Positions 11,333 to 23,100 of a stretch of DNA of 64,000 nt are shown piece by piece. Numbering within the stretch: position 1 is the stretch's first letter; each line of letters starts with the position of its first letter. Made by a program: the position numbers and the translations under genes. The notes under the pieces are model-generated. The model saw only the letters and a program-made list of their open reading frames with translations. It made no database searches and was not told where the DNA came from. The stretch comes from Pristiophorus japonicus (lineage: Eukaryota), in the NCBI RefSeq assembly GCF_044704955.1, contig NC_091998.1, positions 36,456,001 to 36,520,000 of the forward strand. The letters run 5' to 3'.

Positions 11333-11600
11333 CTCGGCAACCCGCGTCCCGCTGTCGGTGCACCCAGCCCCGGGGGTCCCTGCCCGGGGACCCGCTCTCC
11401 CTGCCCGGCTCCGGCTCCAGCCGCCGCCGCTGCCGCTGCCGCTGCCCCTGCCCGCTCTCACTCACTCACTCACTCACTCCCTCCCGGGGACACTGGCTGA
11501 AAGCAGCGCTTCATGTTAAGGCGGAGCAGGAAGCGGAGAGACTCGGACCCGCCTTAAAGCGTCAGCCAGAGCCGGAACCTGAGAGAGAATACAGAGAGAG
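11333..11600 (-). promoter_or_regulatory. CpG-rich 5' UTR / promoter of the tetraspanin gene
   Basis: GC/CpG-rich with (GCGGCA)n, contiguous with the ATG and lacking a polypyrimidine acceptor. Confidence 0.55.
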
Positions 11601-11764
11601 AGATGCAGTGAGGGACCTGGGGCTTGGAGCGGAGTCGATGAGATGCAGTGGTTCCCTGCCCACTGTGTCCTTCTGTATCCCTGCCATGGGCGCTATGGTT
11701 GCCCCATTGCACAGCCAGGCATTGCCCCAAAGAGCGCTACCCCTGTACCAGAGGCTGCATACAC

Positions 11765-12665
11765 TTGAGCGCATCCAAAACACGGCTGCCCGTGTCCTAA
11801 CTCGCACCGAGTCCCGCTCACCCATCACCCCCCTGCGCTCGCTGACCCGTGTCCTAACTCGCACCGAGTCCCGCTCACCCATCACCCCCCTGCGCTCGCT
11901 GACCTGTGTCCTAACTCGCACCGAGTCCCGCTCACCCATCACCCCCTGCGCTCGCTGACCCGTGTCCTAACTCGCACCGAGTCCCGCTCACCCATCACCC
12001 CCTGCGCTCGCTGACCCGTGTCCTAACTCGCACCGAGTCCCGCTCACCCATCACCCCTGCGCTCGCTGACCCGTGTCCTAACTCGCACCCAGTCCCGCTC
12101 ACCCATCACCCCCTGCGCTCGCTGACCCGTGTCCTAACTCGCACCGAGTCCCGCTCACCCATCACCCCCTGCGCTCGCTGACCCGTGTCCTAACTCGCAC
12201 CGAGTCCCGCTCACCCATCACCCCCTGTGCTCGCTGACTCATATCCTAACTCGCACCGAGACCCGCTCACCTATCACCCCCTGTGCTCACTGCCCCGAGT
12301 GCTAACTCGCACCGAATCCCGCTGACCCATCACCCCCTGCACTCACTGACCTACATTGGCTCCCGGTTAATCAACGCCTCGATTTCAAAATTCTCATCCT
12401 TGTTTTAAAATCCCTCCATGGCCTCACCCCTCCCTATTTCTGTGATCTCCTCCAGCCCTACAACTCTCCGAGATGTCTGTGCTCCTTCAATCTGGCCTCT
12501 TGAGCATCCCCAATTTCCATCACTTCGTCATCGGTGGCCGTGCCTTCAGCTACCTGGGCCCTAAGCTCTGGAACTCCCTCCTTAAACCTCTCTGCCTCTC
12601 TACCTTTCTTCCTTTAAGATGCTCCTTAAAACTTACCTCTTTGACCAGACTTTTGGTCACCTGCC
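11765..12665 (+). mobile_element. L2 LINE 3' fragment containing a 55-57 bp tandem array (~10 copies, 11789-12350)
   Basis: IQNTAARVLTRT...SPITP...LHWLPV and GGRAFSYLGPKLWNSL motifs; unit CCCGTGTCCTAACTCGCACCGAGTCCCGCTCACCCATCACCCCCTGCGCTCGCTGA. Confidence 0.88.
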
Positions 12666-14352
12666 CTACACACCATCCTGACTATAATATATCGCCATTC
12701 CTTCAGTGTCACTGGAATCCTGGAACTCCCTAACAGCACTGTGGGAGTACCCTCACATAAGAACATAAGAAATAGGAGCAGGAGTTGGCCATTCGACCTC
12801 TCGAGCCTGCTCCGCCATTCAATAAGATCATGGCTGATCGGATCATGGACTCAACTCCACTCCCCGCCCACTCCAAATAACCCTTTACTCCCTTATTGCT
12901 CAAAAATCTGTCTATCTCCATCTTAAATATATTCAATGACCCAGCCTCCACAGCTCGCTGGGGCAGAGAATTCCAAAGATTTACAACCCTCTGAGAGAAG
13001 AAATTCCTTCTCATCTCCATTTTAAATTTGCGACCGCTTATTCTAGATTCCCCCACGAGGGGAAACATCCTCTCTGCATCTACCCTGCCATGCCCCCTTA
13101 TACATTTCAATCAGATCACCTCTCATTCTTCTAAACTCCAGTAAATATAGGTCCAACCTGCTCAACCTTGCTTCATAAGACAACCCCTTCGTCTCAGGAA
13201 TCAACCTCGTGAACCTTCTCTGTACTGCATCCAATCCTTAAAAATGGAGACAAAACTGTACGCAGTACTCCAGGTGTGGCTTCACCAATATCCTGTACAG
13301 TTGTAGCAGGACTTCCCTGCTTTTATACTCTATCCCCCTTGCAATAAAGGCCAACATTCCATTTGCCTTCCTGATTACTTGCCCTACCTGCATACTAACT
13401 TTTTGTATTTCATCTACAAGGACTCCCAGGTCCCTCTGTACCGCAGCATTTTATAGTCTCTCGTCATTTAAATATTAACTTGCTTTTTTATTCTTCCTAC
13501 CAAAGTGGATAACCTCACATTTTCCCACATTATGTTCCATCTGCCAAATTTTTGCCCACTCACTTAACCTATCTATATCCCTTTGCAGATTCTTTGTGTC
13601 CTCTTCACAACTTGCTTTCCCACCTATCTTTGTATCATCAGCAAATTTGGCTACATTACACTCCATCCCCTCATCCAAGTCACTACTATAAATTGTAAAT
13701 AGTTCAGGCCCCAGCACTGATCCCTGTGGCACCCCACTAGTTACAGTTTGCCAATCCAAAAATTATCCATTTAGCCCGACTCTCTGTTTTCTGTTAGTTC
13801 CATCCATGCTAATATATTACCCCCAATCCCATGAGCTCTTATCTTGTGCAGTAACCTTTTATGTGGCACCTTATTGAATGCCTTCTTCAAATCCAAATCC
13901 ACTACATCTACTGGTTCCCCATTTATCCACCCTGCTTGTTACATCCTCAAAGAACTCTAGCAAATTTGTCAAACATGATTTGCCTTTCATAAAACCATGC
14001 TGACTCTGCTTGAATGTATTATGATATTCTAAATGTCCTGCTACGACTTCCCTAATAATGGACTCCAGCATTTTCCCAACAACAGATGTTAGACTAACTG
14101 GGCTATATTTTCCTGCTTTCTGTCTCCCTCCTTGAATAGGTGTGTTACATTTGCAGTTTTCCAATCTGCTGGGACCTCTCCAGAATCCAGGGAATTTTTG
14201 TAGATTACAACCAATACATCCACTATCTCTACAGCCACTTCTTTCAAGACCCTAGGATAGTTTTAGTCCCATTAGTTTGCCTAGTACTTTTTCTCTAGTG
14301 ATAGTAATTGCTTTAAGTTCCCCCCTCCTTATAGCTCCTTAATTATCTATTA

Positions 14353-16935
14353 TTACAGACCTCCAAACAGTAGTAGTGATGTTGGGGAGGGCATCAAACA
14401 GGAAATTAGGGGTGCATGCAATAAAGGTGCAGCAGTTATAATGGGTGACTTTAATATGCACATAGATTGGGCTAACCAAACTGGAAGCAATACGGTGGAG
14501 GAGGATTTCCTGGAGTGCATAAGGGATGGTTTTCTAGACCAATATGTCGAGGAACCAACTAGGGGGGAGGCCATCTTAGACTGGGTGTTGTGTAATGAGA
14601 GAGAATTAATTAGCAATCTCATTGTGCGAGGCCCCTTGGGGAAGAGTGACCATAATATGGTGGAATTCTGCATTTGGATGGAGAATGAAATAGTTAATTC
14701 AGAGACCATGGTCCAGAACTTAAAGAAGGGTAACTTTGAAGGTATGAGGCGTGAATTGGCGAGGATAGATTGGCGAATGATACTTAAGGGGTTGACTGTG
14801 GATGGGCAATGGCAGACATTTAGAGACCGTATGGATGAATTACAACAATTGTACATTCCTGTCTGGCGTAAAAATAAAAAAGGGAAGGTGGCTCAACCGT
14901 GGCTATCTAGGGAAATCAGGGATAGTATTAAAGCCAAGGAAGTGGCATACAAATTGGCCAGAAATAGCAGTGAACCCGGGGACTGGGAGAAATTTAGAAC
15001 TCAGCAGAGGAGGACGAAGGGTTTGATTAGGGCAGGGAAAATGGAGTACGAGAAGAAGCTTGCAGGGAACATTAAGGCGGATTGCAAAAGTTTCTATAGG
15101 TATGTAAAGAGAAAAAGGTTAGTAAAGACAAACATAGGTCCCCTGCAGTCAGAATCAGGGGAAGTCATAACGGGGAACAAAGAAATGGCAGACCAATTGA
15201 ACAAGTACTTTGGTTCGGTATTCACTAAGGAGGACACAAACAACCTTCCGGATATAAAAGGGGTCAGAGGGTCTAGTAAGGAGGAGGAACTGACGGAAAT
15301 CTTTATTAGTCTGGAAATTGTGTTGGGGAAATTGATGGGATTGAAGGCCGATAAATCCCCAGGGCCTGATGGACTGCATCCCAGAGTACTTAAGGAGGTG
15401 GCCTTGGAAATAGCGGATGCATTGACAGTCATTTTCCAACATTCCATTGACTCTGGATCAGTTCCTATCGAGTGGAGGGTAGCCAATGTAACCCCACTTT
15501 TTATAAAAGGAGGGAGAGAGAAAACAGGGAATTATAGACCGGTCAGCCTGACCTCAGTAGTGGGTAAAATGATGGAATCAATTATTAAGGATGTCATCGC
15601 AGCGCATTTGGAAAATGGTGACATGATGGGTCCAAGTCAGCATGGATTTGTGAAAGGGAAATCATGCTTGACAAATCTTCTGGAATTTTTTGAGGATGTT
15701 TCCAGTAAAGTGGACAAAGGAGAACCAGTTGATGTGGTATATTTGGACTTTCAGAAGGCTATCGACAAGGTCCCACACAAGAGATTAATGTGCAAAGTTA
15801 AAGCACATGGGATTGGGGGTTGTGTGCTGACGTGGATTGAGAACTGGTTGTCAGACAGGAAGCAAAGAGTAGGAGTAAATGGATACTTTTCAGAATGGCA
15901 GGCAGTGACCAGTGGGGTACTGCAAGGTTCTGTGCTGGGGCCCCAGCTGTTTACATTGTACATTAATGATTTAGACGAGGGGATTAAATGTAGTATCTCC
16001 AAATTTGCGGATGACACTAAGTTGGGTGGCAGTGTGAGCTGCGAGGAGGATGCTATGAGGCTGCAGAGTGACTTGGATAGGTTAGGTGAGTGGGCAAATG
16101 CATGGCAGATGAAGTATAATGTGGATAAATGTGAGGTTATCCATTTTGGTGGTAAAAACAGAGAGACAGACTATTATCTGAATGGTGACAGATTAGGAAA
16201 AGGGAAGGTGCAACGAGACCTGGGTGTCATGGTACATCAGTCATTGAAGGTTGGCATGCAGGTACAGCAGGCGGTTAAGAAAGCAAATGGCATGTTGGCC
16301 TTCATAGCGAGGGGATTTGAGTACAGGGGCAGGGAGGTGTTGCTACAGTTGTACAGGGCCTTGGTGAGGCCACACCTGGAGTATTGTGTACAGTTTTGGT
16401 CTCCTAACTTGAGGAAGGACATTCTTGCTATTGAGGGAGTGCAGCGAAGATTCACCAGACTGATTCGTGGGATGGTGGGACTGACCTATCAAGAAAGAGT
16501 GGATCAACTGGGCTTGTATTCACTGGAGTTCAGAAGAATGAGAGGGGACCTCATAGAAACATTTAAAATTCTGACAGGTTTAGACAGGTTCGATGCAGGA
16601 AGAATGTTCCCAATGTTGGGGAAGTCCAGAACCAGGGGTCACGGTCCAAGGATAAGGGGTAAGCCATTTAGGACTGAGATGAGGAGGAACTTCTTCACCC
16701 AGAGAGTGGTGAACCTGTGGAATTCTCTACCACAGAAAGTAGTTGAGGCCAATTCACTAAATATATTCAAAAGGGAGTTAGATGAAGTCCTTACTACTAG
16801 GGAGATCAAGGGGTATGGCGAGAAAGCAGGAATGGGGTACTGAAGTTTCATGTTCAGCCATGAACTCATTGAATGGCGGTGCGGGCTAGAAGGGCTGAAT
16901 GGCCTGCTCCTGCACCTATTTTCTATGTTTCTATG
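14353..16935 (+). mobile_element. Young 5'-truncated CR1
   Basis: Uninterrupted 800-aa ORF and (TTTCTATG)n tail. Confidence 0.95.
14441..16843 (+). CDS. CR1 ORF2 (C-terminal part of APE endonuclease + reverse transcriptase), N-terminally truncated
   Basis: MGDFN, SDHNM, QGSVLGP and FADD motifs; no stops. Confidence 0.9.
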   Translation: MGDFNMHIDWANQTGSNTVEEDFLECIRDGFLDQYVEEPTRGEAILDWVLCNERELISNLIVRGPLGKSDHNMVEFCIWMENEIVNSETMVQNLKKGNFEGMRRELARIDWRMILKGLTVDGQWQTFRDRMDELQQLYIPVWRKNKKGKVAQPWLSREIRDSIKAKEVAYKLARNSSEPGDWEKFRTQQRRTKGLIRAGKMEYEKKLAGNIKADCKSFYRYVKRKRLVKTNIGPLQSESGEVITGNKEMADQLNKYFGSVFTKEDTNNLPDIKGVRGSSKEEELTEIFISLEIVLGKLMGLKADKSPGPDGLHPRVLKEVALEIADALTVIFQHSIDSGSVPIEWRVANVTPLFIKGGREKTGNYRPVSLTSVVGKMMESIIKDVIAAHLENGDMMGPSQHGFVKGKSCLTNLLEFFEDVSSKVDKGEPVDVVYLDFQKAIDKVPHKRLMCKVKAHGIGGCVLTWIENWLSDRKQRVGVNGYFSEWQAVTSGVLQGSVLGPQLFTLYINDLDEGIKCSISKFADDTKLGGSVSCEEDAMRLQSDLDRLGEWANAWQMKYNVDKCEVIHFGGKNRETDYYLNGDRLGKGKVQRDLGVMVHQSLKVGMQVQQAVKKANGMLAFIARGFEYRGREVLLQLYRALVRPHLEYCVQFWSPNLRKDILAIEGVQRRFTRLIRGMVGLTYQERVDQLGLYSLEFRRMRGDLIETFKILTGLDRFDAGRMFPMLGKSRTRGHGPRIRGKPFRTEMRRNFFTQRVVNLWNSLPQKVVEANSLNIFKRELDEVLTTREIKGYGEKAGMGY

Positions 16936-19517
16936 ATACTTTTAGTGTCTTCTACTGTGAAGACTGATACAAAATATTTGTTCAAAGTCTCTGCCATTTC
17001 CCTGTTCCCCATTATTAATTCCCCAGTCTCATCCGCTAAGGGACCAATGTTTACTTTACTCACTCTTTTCTTTTTTATATACCTGTAGAAGCTCTTACTG
17101 TCTGTTTTAATATTTCTTGCTAGTTTACTCTGATAAACTAGCTTCTCTCTCGTTATTATTGTTTTAGTCGTCCTTTGCTTGTTTCTAAAGATTTCTCAAT
17201 CCTCTGGCCTACCACTAGTCTTAGCAACATTGTATGCCTTTGTTTTCAATTTGATACCATCCTTTACTTCCTTAGTTAGCCACGGATGGTTCATCTTAAA
17301 GGCTTTCTTTCTTACTGGAATTTATCTTTGTTGAGAGTTATGAAATATCTCCTTAAATGGCTGCCACTGTTTATCTATCGTCTTACCCTTTAATATACTT
17401 TCCCAGTCCACTTTAAGCAGCTCTGCCTTCATACCTTTTGTAATTACCTTTATTTAAGTTCAGGACACTAGTTTGAGACCCAAGTTTCTCACCTCAAACT
17501 GAATTTGAAATTCTCCCATGCTATGACCATTCTTCACGATAGGATCCTTCACTACGAGATCATTAATTTATCCAGACTTGTTACACATTACCAGATCTAA
17601 AATAGTCTGCTCCCTGGTTGGCTCCACAAAGTATTGTTATAAGAAACCAATCCGCATACACTCTATGAACTCGTCCTCAAGGCTACCTTTGTCAATTTGA
17701 TTTGTCCAATCAATATGAAGATTAAAATCGCCCATGATTATTGCTTTATGTTTCTTACAAGCCCCCATTATTTCTTGTCTCTATACTCTGTCGTACAGTG
17801 TAGCGACTGTAATGGGGCCTATAGACTGCGCCCACCAGTGGCTCCTTTCCCTTACTATTTCTTATTTCCACACAAACTTATTCTACATCTTGATCTTCTG
17901 AGCCAATATCACCTCTTACTATTGCACTGATCTCACCCCTTACTAACAGAGCTACCCCACCACCTTTTCCTTTCTGCCTGTCCTTCCGAAATGTCAAATA
18001 GCCCTGAATATTCAGTTCTCAGCCTTGGTCACCTTGCAGTCATGTTTCTGTAACGGCTATCAGATCATACCCATTTATTTCTATTTGTGCCGTCAACTCA
18101 TTGATCTTGTTACGAATGCTGCGTGCATTCAGATAAAGAGCTTTTAAATTTATCTTTTTACCCTTTTTCCCTGCTCTCACTCTACTTCCTAGTGCACTCT
18201 TATGTTTATACGCTCTGTCCCTTCCTGTCATCCTCTGGTATCATTACCCCCATCGTTACCCTGCACGATTACCTGCCCCTTTCTCCTTTCTCTTTGTCTT
18301 TTAAATTTCCCCTCACCTGAACTCCCCCCCCCCGCCCCCCCATTATTTAGTTTTAAACCCTCTCTACAGCCCGAGTTATTTGATTCGGCAGGACACTAGT
18401 CCCAGCCTGGTTCAAGTGAAGCCCGTCCCAAAGGAACTGCTCCCTCTTATCCCAGTACTGGTGCCAGTGCCCCATGAATCAAAACCCATTTCTCCCTGAC
18501 CAATCTTTGAGCCACGTGTTTAACTCTCTGATCTTATTTACCCGATGCAAATTTGCTCGTGGTTCAGGTAGTAATCCAGAGATTATTACCTTTGTGGTTC
18601 TGCTTTTTAATTTAGCCCTAGCTGCTCACACTCCCTCAGCAGAACCTCTTTCTTTGTCCCACCTGTCGTTGGTACCCACGTGGACCACGACAACTGGATC
18701 TTCCCCCTCCCACTCCAACTTCCTCTCCAGCCCAGAGGAGATGTCCTTAACCCTGGCACTGGGCAGGCAACACAGCCTTTGGGACTCATGCTCTCGGCTG
18801 CAGAGAACTTTATCTATCCCCCACTACTACTACATTTCTTTTTACTCCCCCCACTTGAATGGCCCCTGTACCACGGTGCTGTGGTCAGTTTGCTCATCCT
18901 CCCTGCAGTCCCTGCTCTCGTCTACACAGGGAGCAAGAGCCTCGAACCTGTTGGACAAGAGCAAGGGCTGAGGCTCCTCCATCACTACCTCCTGGGTCCC
19001 CATACCTGCCTCACTCGTAGTCATATCCTTCTGTCCCTGACCACGGACCAAATTTGAATGAATTAAACTAAGGAGTGTGACTGCCTCCTGGAACACAGTG
19101 TCCAGGTAACTCTCCCCCTCCCTGATGTGTCGCAGTGCCTGAAGCTCGGACCCCAGCTCATCAACACGAAGCCGAAGTTCCTTGAGCCGCCAACACTTGC
19201 TGCAGGTGTGGTCGCCGTGGATCACACTGGTGTCCAGCAGCTCCCACACGCTGCATCTGCAACACATCACCCACCCCGCCATCTCTAGTGTATTTTAGTT
19301 AATGAATTAGGTTGTCAAGTTTTGAAATGTCACATTTTCTATGTATAGTTTTAAAATCTGTAATCGCGGCTCTTAATTTAAACCGATGCCCAAGTTTAGA
19401 AAAAGAGAGCAATACTCACCAACCAATCACTTACCTGCTTTCCTGTGACATCACATTTTGTTTTTTTTTCTCTCCCCTCACAGGTCCGTTCGCTCTTCTC
19501 CCAGCGAGTTCTTTTAT

Positions 19518-19695
19518 CCCCCGCGGGTCTCGGGAGCGCTTCTCCCCCGCGGGTCTCGGGAGCGCTTCTCTCCCGCGGGTCTCGGGAGCACTTCTCTCCC
19601 GCGGGTCTCGGGAGCACTTCTCTCCCGCGGGTCTCGGGAGCGCTTCTCCCCCGCGGGTCTCGGGAGCACTTCTCTCCCGCGGGTCTCGGGAGCAC
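19518..19695. repeat. 26-bp tandem repeat (~7 copies) at the CR1 5' end
   Basis: Unit CCGCGGGTCTCGGGAGCGCTTCTCCC. Confidence 0.92.
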
Positions 19696-20101
19696 TGGTC
19701 TCAGCCGCTGTTTTGTACATTCACCACACGGACTGCAGCGGTTCAGGGCGGCGGCTCACCACCATCCTTTTGGGGGCAATGAGGGATGGGCAATAAATGC
19801 CGGCCTCGCCACATCGCAGGAACGAATAAAAATTACATTCCTTCTGTGCTTCGGTACCAAATGTTGTTTGATAACACTTGTAAGATTATTATGGATTAGT
19901 TGCTTTTTTAGAATACTTATTTTACTATATTTAGTGGTGTAATCATTAGTAATGGATTTATAATTGTGTTTAAGAATTCATAGAATCATAGAATGGTTAC
20001 AGCACAGAAGAAGGCAGTTCAGCCCATCGAGCCCATAAAAGTCTGCAATTGTCAAATGTATGCATTGGTAATCTGAGTTATGTTAGACATGTCACCCTTT
20101 G

Positions 20102-23100
20102 TGTTCTAGTAACGACTCCACGAGGCAGTGTGTTGTACTTGAACTGTAGTGACCTTAGTCCTTTATTCGTTAACTCCAGAGTGAGGATCACACCTGGTGG
20201 CCTGCCTTTTATACTAGGCCAGGCACACCTGTGCAGGTAACCTACAAGTCTCTCACTGCTGTGCCCCCTGATGGCACACCTTGAGATAGTACCAACAGTA
20301 GCCATGTAGGATACATGACATCACTCTCCCCTGAGCCTTTAGTGCAAATCGCCTCTGCATTGACTGTGCTCTGGGCTTAGCGCTATGTGGGCTCTTGGCG
20401 GGTCGTTTCAATCTTGGGTGAGTGGTTGGTGCAGTAGAGTGCTGGTGGTTGCTGTTTGTGTGTGTCCCTGACTACTCCATTCTCGCCCCCGCCCTCCCCC
20501 CACATATAGATTATGTCGGAGGCTCATAACATTCATATACATTCAAGTTCAGGGAAAATGTTACATTTGTGGTTCCGTTGTGAGACAAGTACGTTAGACT
20601 AGTGAGATACCGTATCGATGCAGTGACCAGTGCGTGAGGACAAGCTAGTTCCAGAACTGCTGGATTGTGTCCCTGCAGTCTGGTGGTGGCTCAGTGCCCA
20701 GTGCTGGCAGTGGGAGCCCGGTTGGCTCGAGGTGCCTGCTCTCGGGGCTCTTGCCGTGGTCCCTAGCGTCGGGCCGGTTCACAGATGCCTGTGACCTCCC
20801 TGTCCTTTCTTTGTGCCCTGGGTCGCTGCTGCTTCCTGAGGAGCTGTCGTCTAGCAGTGCACAGGGAACTGCTGACTCGCTGGCCTGAGCGTCGCTTGGT
20901 TTGAGATCCTGACTGGTCCCGGTCCCCTTTGGGGGAACTGTTGCGGGTGACCCTTCGTTTCCGGGTATGGCTTTGGTGGCGATGGGGTCTGGGGGCTGTG
21001 CCTTAGCACCGTCTGCCCCTTCAGGCTCGTGGCAGTTGGTGCCATCGGGTGCCTGAGAGGTGGAGCCGATCAGAGGCAGGGTATCGATACCGGTGCCGTT
21101 GCCCTGCTGAGATTGCTTGCTCTGCAGCTCGTGTGTGTTGGCTGCTTGTGGCCACACTCCATGGTGCATGACTCTGGTCCCTGGGATGCAGGCTACAGCA
21201 TTGGGTAGCTCGCCGGACCTGTGTGCTCCCGATGGGTGTCTGCATGCAGTTGAAACCCTGCATCACACAACTTTTCCTTACTTATGATGGACACTCTGTG
21301 GGTCCGACCGCGATTGCGCGACTTTTCCTCACTGGGTGCATGTACACAATTCAGATTATTAATTACACATTTTACATGTTTTGTCTCTGACTTACAAATA
21401 CTATTACATTGTTTAATTGTATGGAACTGTCCCTTTAATTGTAGTGGATTGCAGGCCTCCTTTAAGAGAGCCTTGCTTTCTTTACCCCAATCCGCTTCTC
21501 CGTTTGGTGCCACGTGTTGCTCCATCAGCGCTGCACCTCGTGGTCTGGCCGCGGCCATCTTTTTCTTCAGCACCTCACCTCGTGGTTTGGGTGCCATCTT
21601 TCTTCCATCCACGACTGGGAGAAATTTAGAATTCAGCAGAGGAGGACAAAGGGTTTAATTAGGAAGGGGAAAATAGAGTTATGAGAGGAAGCTTGCTGGG
21701 AACATAAAAACTGACTGCAAAAGATATGTGAAGAGAAAAAGATTAGCGAAGACAAACGTAGGTCCCTTGCAGTCAGAATCAGGTGAGTTTATAATGTGGA
21801 ACAAAGAAATGGCAGACCAATTGAACAAATACTTTGGTTCTGTCTTCACAAAGGAAGGCACAAATAACCTTGCAGAAATACTAGGGGACCGAGGGTCTAG
21901 CGAGAAGGAGGAACTGAAGGAAATCCTTATTAGTCAGGAAATTGTGTTAGGGAAATTGATGGGATTGAAGGCCAATAAATCCCCAGGGCCTGATAGGCTG
22001 CATCCCAGAGTTTTTAAGGAAGTGGCCCTAGAAATAGTGGATGCATTGGTGATCATTTTCCAACAGTCTATCGACTCTGGATCAGTTCCTATGGATTGGA
22101 GGGTAGCTAATGTAACACCACTTTTTAAAAAAGGAGGGAGAGAGAAAATGGGGAATTATAGACCGGTTAGCCTGACATCAGTAGTGGGGAAAATGTTGGA
22201 ATCAATTATGAAAGATGAAATAACAGCGCATTTGGAAAGCAGTGACAGGATTGGTCCAAGTCAGCATGGATTTATGAAAGGGAAATCATGCTTGACAAAT
22301 CTTCTAGAATTTTTTGAGGATGTAACTAGTAGAGTGGACAAGTGAGAATCAGTGGATGTGGTGTATTTGGATTTTCAAAAGGCTTTTGACAAGGTCCCAC
22401 ACAAGAGATTAGTGTGCAAAATTAAAGCACATGGTATTGGGGGCAATGTATTGACGTGGATAGAGAACTGGTTGGCAGACAGGAAGCAGAGAGTCGGGAT
22501 AAACGGGTCCTTCTCAGAATGGCAGACAGTGACTAGTGGGGTGTCGCAGGGCTCAGTGCTGGGACCCCAGCTATTTACAATATACATCAATGATTTAGAT
22601 GAAGGAATTGAGTGTAATATCTCCAAGTTTGCATGAAGCTGGGTGGCGGTGTGAGCTGTGAGGTGGATGCTAAGAGGCTGCAGGATGACTTGGACAGGTT
22701 AGGTGAGTGGGCAAATGCATGGCAGATGCAGTATAATGTGGATAAATGTGAGGTTATCCACTTTGGTGGCAAAAACATGAAGGCAGAATATTATCTGAAT
22801 GGCAGCAGATTTGGAAAAGGGGAGGTGCAACGACTCCTGGGTGTCATGGTACATCAGTCATTGAAAGTTGGCATGCAGGTACAGCAGGCGGTGAAGAAGG
22901 CAAATGGCATGTTGGCCTTCATAGATAGGGGATTTGAGTATAGGAACAGGGAGGTCTTAATGCAGTTGTACAGGGCCTTGGTGAGGCCTCACCTGGAATA
23001 TTGTGTTCAGTTTTGTTCTCCTAATCTGAGGAAGGACATTCTTGCTATTGAGGGAGTGCAGCGAAGGTTCACCAGACTGATTCCAGGGATTGCAGGACTG

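Larger units (their letters stand above)
12757..19715 (-). mobile_element. Near full-length degenerate CR1 (5' UTR, ORF1 with Zn finger and esterase, ORF2), interrupted by a + strand CR1
   Basis: ORF1 18842..19282 has CxxC...CxxC; EN at 18040..18231; RT fragments 13043-14164; tail at 12757; host repeat rejoins across it (TCAC at both ends). Confidence 0.88.

Noticed and set aside
19735-19800. Possible further A>G editing in the repeat tail (also near 41640-41680 and 46110-46125)
   Set aside because: Too few sites, mixed with other substitutions, and no reliable consensus in the window
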